A stretch of 64,000 nucleotides of DNA from Williopsis jadinii. Its lineage: Eukaryota. The position numbers and the translations under genes are program-made. The notes beneath the pieces were generated by a model. It was not told the origin of the DNA and did not search any database. It worked only from the letters and a program-made list of their open reading frames with translations. The DNA is taken from contig AP024664.1 of assembly GCA_024346625.1 (NCBI GenBank), forward strand, positions 1,860,001 through 1,924,000, read 5' to 3'. Below, in pieces: positions 45,266 to 55,468 of this stretch. Every line of letters starts with the position of its first letter. Positions within the stretch are counted from its first letter, which is position 1.

Positions 45266-45470
45266 GAGATGAATGAGAAATGAAAAGGCATTATTATGCT
45301 CCTGTAAAAAGAGGATTCAGTTGAATGAACAATATTTTTAGTAACCTTAAGATACCTTAAGCCACCTTGTAAGCCTACGCTGGTTACATATATACCATCA
45401 AAACCGTTTCAAAGAGTCATTATATTCATAAAAGTACATACTGTTACAAGGCTATATCATGCAATGTCCT

Positions 45471-47150
45471 TCAAGCCAGGTATAACCACATCTTCTCCCA
45501 AAGGTTCTTTGGTTCCTCTTCTTCCCAAACAATAGCATCAATCTCACGTCTATCCGTATCTATATCAACCTCGTCCAACGACAAGAGGAGAGGGCCCTTA
45601 ATGATAATCTGACACACAATCCATATGGCAATCATGATGAACACGGAGATGTAGGAGGCTAGGAAGTCTGAAGCCGTGAAGTCGAAGAATACACCATAAC
45701 CTTGGAATATGATGATCAGAGTGACAAAGAACGCAGCGTAGTACGCACCCCATGGCATAAAGTGTGCTTTGAATGGTAGTTCATCACGGGACATCCCTCT
45801 ATGTTTCAACGTTTGCATGAATCTTATATGGCATAGAGAGATGGAGACCCAGGCAAACAGACCAGCCACTGTGCAAATGTTCAGCAGCCATGTGAAACCT
45901 TGCGATGCTGTTTCAGCACATGTCAAGTAAGCCAAAGCACCCATAATTGATGTTGCAATGACTCCATAGTAAGGAACACCTTGCTTTGTACAGAAGGTGA
46001 AGATTCTTGGTGCGTTCTTAGCAACAGCCAGTCCATACAGGATTCTCGAGCCCACGTAGACGTTTGAGTTGGCTGCAGAGATAACGGTCATTAGAATGAC
46101 AGCGTTGAAGATGTGTGGAAGCACCTTGGTGTTTGCATTTTGGATAGCAATGATGAAAGGTGATGATGAGATGAAGGATGTTGAGCTGCTGATTCTTGGG
46201 TCGTTATATGGCACCAACATTCCCACAAAGAACAAGGATAGGATGTAAAAGAGCAGGATTCTGAAGAACACCTTGTTGATGGCCTTTGGCACTGCTCTTC
46301 TCGGGTTCTTTGCCTCACCAGCAGAAATACCAACGAGCTCAGTACCTTGGTAAGTGAATGCAGCGTTGATGAGTGAGGAAACCCAGCCTAGGAAACGGCC
46401 CTTGCCTGTTCCCGGGTAAAAAGAGCCTGGACCCCAGGCACCAGGGTTTCTCCAGTATCTGAAGCCGATTGGGCCCTGAGAGGAGCCACCACACACTATA
46501 ACTAGAGCATATAGGTTGAATCCAATAATGGCGATGACTTTTATAGAAGCCACCCAGAATTCAATCTCACCGTAGAACTTGACGGGGAAGAAGTTTATGA
46601 CGGTGATGATGATCCAAAAGATAGTTATCCAAACTGCTAGTGGGACGGACTCTGTCCAGTAATCGATGACTTGGCCAACAACACTCAACTCCACGGCAAA
46701 CGTGGTTGCCCAGTTAAACCAGTACATGTAACCATTGGCGACTCCCAGCGAAGGACTCAAGAATCTTGCGTTGAACACTGTGAACGACGACGTCACAGGG
46801 ATGAACGTTGCCATTTCACCCAAAGACTGTGTGACAAAGTACACCAGCGAGCCCATGAACAAGTAGGCAATCAGTGCACCAACAGGCCCTGCAAGGGAGA
46901 TGGGCTCTCCCAAATTGATGAACAAACCTGTCCCTATAGTACCACCCAGGGCAATCATGGAGATGTGACGAGGCTTCAGGGCTCGCTTGACATGAGTTTC
47001 CTTAACGTTACCGTCTTCAACGTCATGTTGGACGATCTCATCTTTGGCATTGGTTGACGTTGACGTTGCGTGGGCCTCGATATCGGCATCCCACGATTTA
47101 ACCTCCAGCGAGGATTCCTTTGACTTGGTGGCCTTCATCCTTCTAGACAT
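45471..47150 (-). CDS. LYP1: Basic amino-acid permease (YAT family), lysine-permease type
   Basis: [12 protein letters not shown]. Lyp1-type residues [35 protein letters not shown]. Confidence 0.8.
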   Translation of the reverse strand: MSRRMKATKSKESSLEVKSWDADIEAHATSTSTNAKDEIVQHDVEDGNVKETHVKRALKPRHISMIALGGTIGTGLFINLGEPISLAGPVGALIAYLFMGSLVYFVTQSLGEMATFIPVTSSFTVFNARFLSPSLGVANGYMYWFNWATTFAVELSVVGQVIDYWTESVPLAVWITIFWIIITVINFFPVKFYGEIEFWVASIKVIAIIGFNLYALVIVCGGSSQGPIGFRYWRNPGAWGPGSFYPGTGKGRFLGWVSSLINAAFTYQGTELVGISAGEAKNPRRAVPKAINKVFFRILLFYILSLFFVGMLVPYNDPRISSSTSFISSSPFIIAIQNANTKVLPHIFNAVILMTVISAANSNVYVGSRILYGLAVAKNAPRIFTFCTKQGVPYYGVIATSIMGALAYLTCAETASQGFTWLLNICTVAGLFAWVSISLCHIRFMQTLKHRGMSRDELPFKAHFMPWGAYYAAFFVTLIIIFQGYGVFFDFTASDFLASYISVFIMIAIWIVCQIIIKGPLLLSLDEVDIDTDRREIDAIVWEEEEPKNLWEKMWLYLA

Positions 47151-47712
47151 GCTATATGGCCTGACTTATTTGGTATGAAGGAAGAGAGGAAAGTTTTCTA
47201 AACTTGGAAGCTTTTTTCAATTATTCAGCCACAGGCCGGCTCGTCATGATATCACTGGGTGTTTATATGGGAATTAATAGTACCACCACCCTCTCCGTCC
47301 CTCGTCCATACTTTGAATGCGCTAACATGCACAGAACATGCTGACTTTGCTAAGAGATGATGGCACCTTTAACGGGGCCTCCACCGGAACAGGGTTGTTG
47401 GTTTCTTTTTCCACTACGGAGTCGCTTATCGATGTGAGGACCTTGGTTCCAGCGTGTGCTTCATAGACATCCAATGACTAATTGTGGTCATCTTCTAGGC
47501 ATTTGCTATGGCATGGCCTCCACGAGAGACATCATCGAGGGAAAGAGCCGTTGAGGAAAGATGCCATGCGTCATATGCACCGCCGTTAAAAGTGGTCATA
47601 TGCGGCTTTTTCGTTTTCATTTGCGCTCTTCATGCCTGGGACGGGTGACACATAATTACTGTAACGGGAAATAAAAAGAAATAGTGTTGTATTTGGTGGC
47701 GTTTTCTAGCCA

Positions 47713-47839
47713 TTTTTTCGCTTTTTTTTCGCTTTCTTATTCCTTTTTTACGCTTTTTTTTCGCTTTCTTATTCCTTTTTTTTCGCTTTTTTTTCGCTTT
47801 CTTATTCCTTTTTTTTCGCTTTCTTATTCCTTTTTTTCG
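47713..47839. repeat. T-rich minisatellite, about 33-bp unit (T8CGC T8CGC TTTCTTATTCC), about 4 copies, in the LYP1/CAN1 bidirectional promoter
   Basis: CGCTTTCTTATTCC occurs four times, separated by poly-T/CGC blocks. Confidence 0.9.
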
Positions 47840-49020
47840 TCAACATCGTGCCGATTTGCGGAAGATTCCACCGCAGCCATCGTGCCCAATTCATTGGATG
47901 AAGAACGTCATATTAACAAAATCCCTGTCACTATGATGCTAAGGGTGTCCGGAGGAACCGGTACGGAGTGTAATAGCTCACCTTCCCCGTCGGGGGCTCT
48001 CTTCCCTTCGCTCGTCCAACTCCCGTGGCCTTCGCTCACTGGCCCTCCCCCATTGGCTGCCCTCGTCCTCAAACGCCGGTGCTATTTTTCCGTCCCAACG
48101 CAGGTGTCGCCGCTTGGTTTTGCGCTTGGAGCCCTTTGGACGTTGCCCTGGAAACCCTGGCGATGCCGTTTGCTCACACACTGCAAGCCATGGAATACGG
48201 GAAAGGTATAGCTGAAGTAGCGTGCTCAATTGATGAGCTCTGCGAACGGTGTTGACGCCATGGTCCAGGTGCTCAGCAGACCATGCTTACACCAATCACC
48301 ACAACAATGACAATGGCAATGACAATGCCCCAGGACCACGCTCAGACGGTGTGCTAAACACCGACTCATCGTGGGAAAAGAAAGCAGGGAACCTACGCAT
48401 GGCGAAAAGAAATGAAATGCCCAGGCACGCACGAGCACACAACGCACGAGGACACAACGCACAAGACATCATCCAACCTGTTCCCCTAAGTGCAGGCACT
48501 GACGAGCAAGCACCGTGCAAACTCTTGTCCGCTTGCTAGCTCAGCTCACCAACGTTTCACCATGGTTCCGTTAAGTACTGTTGTTAACGAGCTCGTCCAC
48601 ACGACACGGCCTACACCTACAACACCTGCTTATCTCGCCCAATTGTTCTGCTCACATGATACAGGTGGCAGCGATAAGCTGTCATCGAAAATTCCGTGTT
48701 TCAATGGACACAATCAACGGATTAACTGGGTTAAACCATTGGACATAATGGCTGTCTTATCAGAAACGAACTGCGTGAAAAATTTTTGGAGGACGTCTCA
48801 TGTTCATGCAACCTTTTTTTCACCGTACTGATTTACATCACCATTGTAGACAGCCCGTATAAAAGTGAGATGAATTGCCCTCAGTCGTAGAATCATGTTT
48901 GCCTCGTCATCTTCATCTTATTGCACTCCGTCCGCAGGAAGTAAGCACAACTACACTAGACTGGCCGACATGGTTAACTCCACAAGCTCCTCCGCAGGGC
49001 AATATGTCTAGTCGCATGAG

Positions 49021-50658
49021 ATGACGGACATGGACATCGAGGCCAAGCCCGTGAACACGATCAAGACCAATGAACAGGTGGACTCGGTATCGGACCACGA
49101 GAACAACGAGGGCGATGTCCAGGAGACCAGTGTCAAGAGGGCGCTGAAGCCTCGTCACGTCACGATGATTGCGCTAGGTGGTACCATTGGTACTGGTTTG
49201 TTCATCGGTATTGGTACTCCGCTCTCCATCGCAGGCCCAGTGGGCTCGTTGATTGCGTACCTGTTCATGGCCACCTTGGCCTACTCCGTGACACAGTCGT
49301 TAGGTGAGATGGCCACGTTCATCCCGGTCACGTCCTCGTTCACGGTCTTCACGACCAGGTTCTGTTCGCCAGCCTTGGGTGTCTCTGTGGGCTACATGTA
49401 CTGGTTCTCGTGGGTCTTGACCTTTGCAGTGGAATTGAGTGTCGTGGGACAAGTCATTGACTATTGGACAAGTGCAGTGCCGTTAGCAGCATGGATTGGT
49501 ATTTTCTGGGTGGTGCTCACATGTTCCAATATGGTTCCCGTCAAGTTCTACGGTGAAGTTGAATTTTGGGTAGCTGCCATAAAGGTGATTGCCATTGTCG
49601 GGTTCATCCTCTACAGTTTCATCATGGTGTGTGGAGCTGGTGTCACAGGCCCAGTTGGCTTCAGATACTGGAGACACCCTGGAGCTTGGGGCCCAGGTTA
49701 CTTGTTCGCCAACACTGCGAAGGGACGTTTCCTAGGCTGGGTTTCCTCTCTTATCAACGCTGCCTTCACCTTCCAAGGTACTGAATTGACAGGTATTGCT
49801 GCTGGTGAGTCCAAAAACCCGAGAAAGTCTGTTCCAAAAGCCATCAACACCGTCTTCGTTAGAATCCTTGTGTTTTATATCCTATCCTTGTTCTTCATCG
49901 GCCTATTGGTTCCATATAACGACCCATTGTTGTCATCTGATGACTCCTACACCGCATCTTCACCTTTCATCATTGCAATCATCAACTCGGGAACAAAGAT
50001 CCTCCCAGACATCTTCAACGCTGTTATTCTGCTCACCATTATATCTGCTGGTAACTCCAACGTCTATGTTGCATCTCGTATCCTTTACTCTTTGGCAGTG
50101 ACCAAATTGGCTCCAAAATGGTTCACCTATACGACAAGACAAGGTGTGCCATTCGTCTCTGTGATATTCTCCTCGCTCTTTGGATTCCTTGGGTTCATGG
50201 TGGTTTCGAACGGTGCCAACACGGTGTTTAACTGGTTGTTGAACATCACAGCAGTTGCCGGACTGTTTGCATGGCTCTTCATCTCAGTCTCCCATATCAG
50301 ATTCATGCAGACGTTGAAGCATAGAGGCATGTCTCGTGACGACCTGCCGTTTAAGGCCCGTTTCATGCCATGGGGAGCCTACTACGCTGCCTTCTTCATC
50401 CTCCTGATCATCATTATCAACGGTTACGAGGCATTCGTCATCAAATTCAGTGTTGACAGCTTCTTCACCGCGTACATCTCCGTCATCTTGTTCGTCGCAT
50501 TGTACATCTTCTTCCAATTCTTTTGGTTCAGAGGACCGTTGATGCTTTCTCTTGATGAGGTGGATATCGACACTGATAGACGTGAGATCGATGCCATCGT
50601 CTGGGAAGAGGAGCCTCCAAAGAACCTGTGGGAGAAGTTCTGGTCCTACCTTGGTTAG
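49021..50658 (+). CDS. CAN1: Basic amino-acid permease (YAT family), arginine-permease Can1/Alp1 type. Start uncertain (see finding)
   Basis: [27 protein letters not shown] and FTFQGTE are Can1-type. Divergent from LYP1, as ALP1/LYP1 are in S. cerevisiae. Confidence 0.8.
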   Translation: MTDMDIEAKPVNTIKTNEQVDSVSDHENNEGDVQETSVKRALKPRHVTMIALGGTIGTGLFIGIGTPLSIAGPVGSLIAYLFMATLAYSVTQSLGEMATFIPVTSSFTVFTTRFCSPALGVSVGYMYWFSWVLTFAVELSVVGQVIDYWTSAVPLAAWIGIFWVVLTCSNMVPVKFYGEVEFWVAAIKVIAIVGFILYSFIMVCGAGVTGPVGFRYWRHPGAWGPGYLFANTAKGRFLGWVSSLINAAFTFQGTELTGIAAGESKNPRKSVPKAINTVFVRILVFYILSLFFIGLLVPYNDPLLSSDDSYTASSPFIIAIINSGTKILPDIFNAVILLTIISAGNSNVYVASRILYSLAVTKLAPKWFTYTTRQGVPFVSVIFSSLFGFLGFMVVSNGANTVFNWLLNITAVAGLFAWLFISVSHIRFMQTLKHRGMSRDDLPFKARFMPWGAYYAAFFILLIIIINGYEAFVIKFSVDSFFTAYISVILFVALYIFFQFFWFRGPLMLSLDEVDIDTDRREIDAIVWEEEPPKNLWEKFWSYLG

Positions 50659-50745
50659 AGTGCTGTCTCTATGCTTGTATGTTTAATTATTGTATTTCTC
50701 ATTGTTAATTACGAATGTTGTTTGTCTTTAGAAGCATGTGTGTTC

Positions 50746-51723
50746 TCAGCTGTCGATGTGGACACCTTCTGTAGGCCTGGACGACTCCTCCTCGGGTTGT
50801 TCTTTGTCTTTAGAACGATCTGTATTCTCTACTGTGTCGATGTGGACACCTTCTGTAGGCCTGGACGACTCCTCCTCGGGTTGTTCTTCGTCTGAGCTCT
50901 CCTCTGAGCTCTCCTCTGAGCTCTCCTCCGAGCTCGAGCCCTCACTGTCCTCACTGTCCTCGCTGGAATCTTCCAGTTTCTCAGAATCATCCTCGTGCTC
51001 CCCTACGACCTTATACCCTTTGACTGTTTCCTGTGTAGACACAACCAATGTTGGGAACTCAATGACAGTCTCACCTCTCAGCTCATCTGCCAATGTCTTG
51101 TCCATTGAGAGCCTTTTCAACGCAGGCTTGGACGCTGGACGGTCAACAAGCTTGAAGAAACACCACAGCGACGAGCCATTGGTCTTCTCCTTCAGTTTGA
51201 AATGTATACAGTCCTCAATATGAGTCTCCTCTGGAACCCTTAGGCTCTGGAAAGTATCCGTCACCTCGCCCGTGGCTCCATCCACCAGCTGAAACTCCAC
51301 CGTCCAGACATAGGTCTCCTTCTTCTTGTCCCATGACGACTTATTCTGGTTCGACCTTTGCATGCCCTTTGGTAGATACTTCACTCGCACACCACGCTTC
51401 ATCTGGACCTGCTGATGATTTGCCTGTGCATTCCCGTTGGTTCTCTGTCTCTTGAGTGCCCTGTTCTGCCTCGAATCCTGTCTCTTGACACTCAGAGTCC
51501 TGTCCAGGTTCGTCAGGAAGTTGTAGTCCCTCTGTATGAGGTGTGCGTTCTCCAAGAACTCCGACCTCTTCACGAAGCTCGTGTTATCCACTGTTCCTGA
51601 GCACTGCGATTGCTCCTTATGGGCTCTGACACACGCTACAGAGCACGTACGCCTGCCACACTGCGGACACCGGTACTTTGCTTCATTCTCAAGACAGATC
51701 TCGCAGTAATTGCCCTCCTCCAT
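50746..51723 (-). CDS. BCD1: Box C/D snoRNP assembly factor (zf-HIT)
   Basis: zf-HIT CEIC...KYRCPQC...CSVACVRAHK...C, QRDYNFL, PKGMQRSNQNKSSWDKK, TVIEFPT. Confidence 0.92.
   Translation of the reverse strand: MEEGNYCEICLENEAKYRCPQCGRRTCSVACVRAHKEQSQCSGTVDNTSFVKRSEFLENAHLIQRDYNFLTNLDRTLSVKRQDSRQNRALKRQRTNGNAQANHQQVQMKRGVRVKYLPKGMQRSNQNKSSWDKKKETYVWTVEFQLVDGATGEVTDTFQSLRVPEETHIEDCIHFKLKEKTNGSSLWCFFKLVDRPASKPALKRLSMDKTLADELRGETVIEFPTLVVSTQETVKGYKVVGEHEDDSEKLEDSSEDSEDSEGSSSEESSEESSEESSDEEQPEEESSRPTEGVHIDTVENTDRSKDKEQPEEESSRPTEGVHIDS
50751..50888. repeat. Perfect 54-bp direct repeat (period 84 bp) in the BCD1 3' end, followed by a 12-bp CTGAGCTCTCCT array
   Basis: Copies at 50751-50804 and 50835-50888 encode EQPEEESSRPTEGVHID twice. 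Confidence 0.9.
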
Positions 51724-51792
51724 GGCCTCTTGTGCCAGAACTCCTATATATAAAAGCTATACAATTATGTCTCCAGTATATGTGTCAAAGCT

Positions 51793-51822
51793 GCGATGAG
51801 CTCATCTCGGACAAATTTTTCA
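51793..51822. promoter_or_regulatory. PAC (x2, inverted) and RRPE ribosome-biogenesis elements upstream of BCD1
   Basis: GCGATGAG 51793-51800, CTCATCTC 51801-51808, AAATTTTTCA 51813-51822. Confidence 0.75.
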
Positions 51823-51909
51823 CTTCTCGAGAACAGTGGAAAAACCCCCGGGGCTCGTTGAAACTTGTCACCTTTGACAGTCCACGTAGACTTCAATCAG
51901 AGACCAAAG

Positions 51910-52665
51910 ATGCTTAGAATCCCAGTGGTTAGGCTCCCATTGCTTAGAGTCCCATTGTGCAGCTCAGGACACCCAGCTGGACACCCAGCTAGACCCTTCT
52001 CAACAGGCTTTGCTGCGTTGAAGAAGGCCAAGAAGGGAGGTAAGCAGGACGCGAAGTCACACCACCAGGAAGCAGCAGCTCAGGAGACACAGGAGGAGGA
52101 CCCTAGTGCTGTGCTGAAGCCCTTGGAGGCGAGCTTGAAGGAGTCCATTGAAGTGTTCAAGAAAAGGGTCAACGAGACCAAGCAGGGCACAGCGAACGCC
52201 AACATCTTTGATAAGCTGGAGGTTCCCGTGGCTCATAAAGAGGTGTATCCGTTCACGTCAGTGGCCCAGACCTCCTTGAAAGGCCGTAACCTCATCATCA
52301 CGGTGTTTGACCCTAACAATGTCAAGCACGTTGTGTCGTCGGTGCTGGGTTCTGGTCTCAACATGAATCCTCAGCAGGTGCCAAACTTCCCTCAGCAGCT
52401 GAAGGTTGCGCTTCCACCACCAACAGCAGAGACGAGAAGTGAAATCCTCGCAGCCTTGAAGAGGGACTTTGAACACTTCAAGCAGAGTCCTTCAAAGCAC
52501 TCGCTGGGCTCTGCCAGACAGCATGCTCTAAAGCAATTGAAAGGCTTTGAAAAGAAGAACGACAAGGTGAAGAAGGTGTTGCAAGACGTGGAAAAGATCT
52601 ACAAGAAGTATCTCGATGAGCTACAGACCCAGTTCAAAGCAGCTGAAAAGAGTGTTTCGAACTGA
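51910..52665 (+). CDS. RRF1: Mitochondrial ribosome recycling factor
   Basis: ATG at 51910 with Arg-rich presequence. VAQTSLKGRNLIITVFDP and LNMNPQ...LKVALPPPTAE RRF motifs. Convergent with MSC7. Confidence 0.85.
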   Translation: MLRIPVVRLPLLRVPLCSSGHPAGHPARPFSTGFAALKKAKKGGKQDAKSHHQEAAAQETQEEDPSAVLKPLEASLKESIEVFKKRVNETKQGTANANIFDKLEVPVAHKEVYPFTSVAQTSLKGRNLIITVFDPNNVKHVVSSVLGSGLNMNPQQVPNFPQQLKVALPPPTAETRSEILAALKRDFEHFKQSPSKHSLGSARQHALKQLKGFEKKNDKVKKVLQDVEKIYKKYLDELQTQFKAAEKSVSN

Positions 52666-52753
52666 TTTGGCCTTATTTATATAACTCTGCTTTCCTCCTC
52701 ATTCAATTAAAACGTACATGGCTTGTTTCTAATGTTGCCTCTTGTTGTACAAT

Positions 52754-54646
52754 TCATTTGGCATTCTTTGCCAATGTTCCAATGGCCTTCACCTTGTTCC
52801 ATATACTGCCGTCGTAACCTGCAATGTTCAAGGCTTTGACGAATCCCCAGGCTTTAGACTCATCCTGGATAGGATAGTCCAAGGGCTTTGGTATCTGGGT
52901 GGATACAAATGGAATCTTGTCGTAGCAAACGGCCTTCAGATTGCACAGGCCCTGTAGGCCCTCTTCACCTCCGAATTTACCATAGCCTGAGCCTCGTTGT
53001 CCACCGAATGGCAATTGACAGACGTAGAACGTGGCAAAGTCGTTGATCGCAACGTTTCCTGACTTCAACGAATTGGCAACTCTGTTCAGCTGTTCCCAGT
53101 TCGACCCAAACACTGAGCCTCCAAGCCCATACTCTGTGGAATTGGCAATACGAATGGCATCATCTGTATCTTCGGCTCTGAACACTGTCAAGATAGGTCC
53201 AAATACTTCTTCCTGGGCAATCTCCATCTCGGTGGTAAGGTCGACGAGTAAGGTCGGTGTGAAATAGTGGCCCTGTGGATAGTTTGGGTGCTGGTACTTA
53301 CCACCACCGTGGAGTAGACGTGCACCATCACGGACTGCGTCGTTGATTTGACGTGTTAAAGTGTCAAATCTATGACCACTAATCGTGGCACCCATATCAA
53401 TATCCTCCAATTGGTCGATATCTGAGCCCAGTCTCAGCTGAGGCACACGTCTTTGTAGGATGGAAACAAGCTTGTCATAGTTCTTCTTCGTGACGATGAC
53501 ACGTTCAATACCAATACAGTTCTGGCCAGCTGACTGGAAAGTTCCACGCATCACTATTGACGCAATTGCATCCAAGTCCTTAACGTCGTCCAGCACAATA
53601 AAGGCATCCTTACCCCCAAGCTCAACAACAACAGGTGTCAAAGACTCAGCAGCAGCTTTGCAGACATCATGAGCCACAGGTCTTGAGCCAATAAAGGTGA
53701 TATGGGACAAGCCACTGTGCGATGTGAAGTAATCAGCATCTTCTGGCCATGTACACACCAATTGGACCAGGTCTCTGTTGAATCCACATGCTTCAAGGCA
53801 AGTCTGTACCAGACGGATGAAGAACTGCGAAGACCACACGACTTGCTCTGAACATTTAACGACAATGGCATTGCCTGTGAACAGAGAGGCGATTATAGGC
53901 CCCAGCATGTTATGGAATGGATAATTCCATGACACCAATGCGGCAATGACGCCCAATGGCTCGTAACGAACTTCTGCGCCTTTATAAGACATGAGCAGAT
54001 TCGAAGGCCCTGGTCTCTTTGAAGGCTTGAGGGCATCTTCACCGTGCTTGATGATCCAATTGAGCTTTTCCAACGTCACCAAGATCTCTCCCATGGAAGC
54101 ATCAACCATGGTCTTCCCGCTATCACGGCAAGCAACGCGGGCAATGTTCTCCTGGTTGTTCAAGATGTATTCACTGAGAGATCTCAACACCTTGCGACGC
54201 TGTGCGAATGAAGAGTCTGCCCAGCTGGCCTGGGCCTGGGACGCCCTCTCCACAATTGCATCGATCTCCTCTCTGCTATTGGACTTGTACTTGCCCAGGT
54301 ACTGTCCCGTGGCTGGACAGTAACTCTGGATGTACTCAGGTTCGTCGACGCTCTTCAACGACACAGGGTCCATACGCTTGCCCTTCCAATGCTGCTTAGC
54401 CTCATCGGGGATCTCCAGTGAGAACTTAACGGCCGATTCAGACGATCTCTGCTTCGACACGCGACGTGTGAAGGCAATCGACGCCAACACCGCTACGATT
54501 GAAACCACCACGGAGAAGGAAACCCCATACATAAACCTCAACCGTGAAGGCACAGTCAGCTCTTCAAACGTAGCAATGATATCGTTGAACGTATCGTTCA
54601 GCACGATCTGCGAGGTGTTCAGATACACTTTGATGATATCGGACAT
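52754..54646 (-). CDS. MSC7: Aldehyde dehydrogenase-like protein Msc7 (ALDH22 type, N-terminal TM)
   Basis: ATG at 54646. IQSYCPATGQYLG, SWNYPFHN, FIGS, VELGGKD, catalytic FQSAGQNCIG, EEVFGP. Confidence 0.88.
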   Translation of the reverse strand: MSDIIKVYLNTSQIVLNDTFNDIIATFEELTVPSRLRFMYGVSFSVVVSIVAVLASIAFTRRVSKQRSSESAVKFSLEIPDEAKQHWKGKRMDPVSLKSVDEPEYIQSYCPATGQYLGKYKSNSREEIDAIVERASQAQASWADSSFAQRRKVLRSLSEYILNNQENIARVACRDSGKTMVDASMGEILVTLEKLNWIIKHGEDALKPSKRPGPSNLLMSYKGAEVRYEPLGVIAALVSWNYPFHNMLGPIIASLFTGNAIVVKCSEQVVWSSQFFIRLVQTCLEACGFNRDLVQLVCTWPEDADYFTSHSGLSHITFIGSRPVAHDVCKAAAESLTPVVVELGGKDAFIVLDDVKDLDAIASIVMRGTFQSAGQNCIGIERVIVTKKNYDKLVSILQRRVPQLRLGSDIDQLEDIDMGATISGHRFDTLTRQINDAVRDGARLLHGGGKYQHPNYPQGHYFTPTLLVDLTTEMEIAQEEVFGPILTVFRAEDTDDAIRIANSTEYGLGGSVFGSNWEQLNRVANSLKSGNVAINDFATFYVCQLPFGGQRGSGYGKFGGEEGLQGLCNLKAVCYDKIPFVSTQIPKPLDYPIQDESKAWGFVKALNIAGYDGSIWNKVKAIGTLAKNAK

Positions 54647-55468
54647 CGTCTTCCCACTGCTTGCACTCAATGACCTTCAATTAGCCACCCGTGGTTGTAA
54701 TGATGGGTCAGTCCACTGGTCCAGCGTGTTGTCGTGTCTGGTGGTCTCGGAGCGCATCGGGGGGTTGAAATTTCGCTTCGACGCTTGCTCGTTTGGGCCA
54801 TGTGAAAAAGCGCCAGCGGCGCGTGGGAAACACCCGGACACCGCGTGTTGGGATGTGTTATAATATGTTGTATGATTATATAATTATTATTATCAATGGG
54901 GAAAATACTGGTGTTTATGGTCCTATTGGGCGTATTATGCCCCAGCTCCGTAGGAATAGCCCAGCTGATAGGAAGCGACTGCTTTAAACAGATTGCTGCT
55001 TCAGTTTTAGCGGTTTTATTAGTAACTGTTTATCGGATTATTTCTGGAAAGATGAGTTCATTTTACATTGTAGCTTTTAAGGTGTAGAGTATTACAACTA
55101 TCCCACCTGCACTTAATTATAAACAATGGTAAATCACTTATCGTAATAATCCAGCTACAATCGGATTGATATTAAGCACTTCGTTTATACACGAACTCCT
55201 CGCTTATAAAGGTTTTTATACATGTCTTCCCTCGAGATCTGTTAACTGTGGGTGTACGGATGTTCGACCTCTGGTATATACGCTCAAGCAGTGGGGGTGT
55301 AGCCACAGTTCGAAGCCTCTTCTTTCATCGTGTGGTATGTTAGACTTACACTATTCTTAGGATTACAGATATGCAAATGGACGTGGATTTGGCAGGACAA
55401 GGTTATGCAGGTTGTAGATATATATTTATGCCGTGACGAGACCCAATTGAGTGAAGGAAGAGAATACA

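Noticed and set aside
47713..47839. CRISPR-like repeat array
   Set aside because: Eukaryotic context, no unique spacers and no cas genes. It is a simple minisatellite.
47684..48211. 175-aa Phe-rich ORF in the LYP1/CAN1 intergenic region
   Set aside because: Translation of the T-rich minisatellite with a GTG start.
55251..55263. Telomerase RNA template or interstitial telomere
   Set aside because: A single 13-bp site without tandem repeats or other recognisable TER elements. A Rap1-type site is the simpler explanation.
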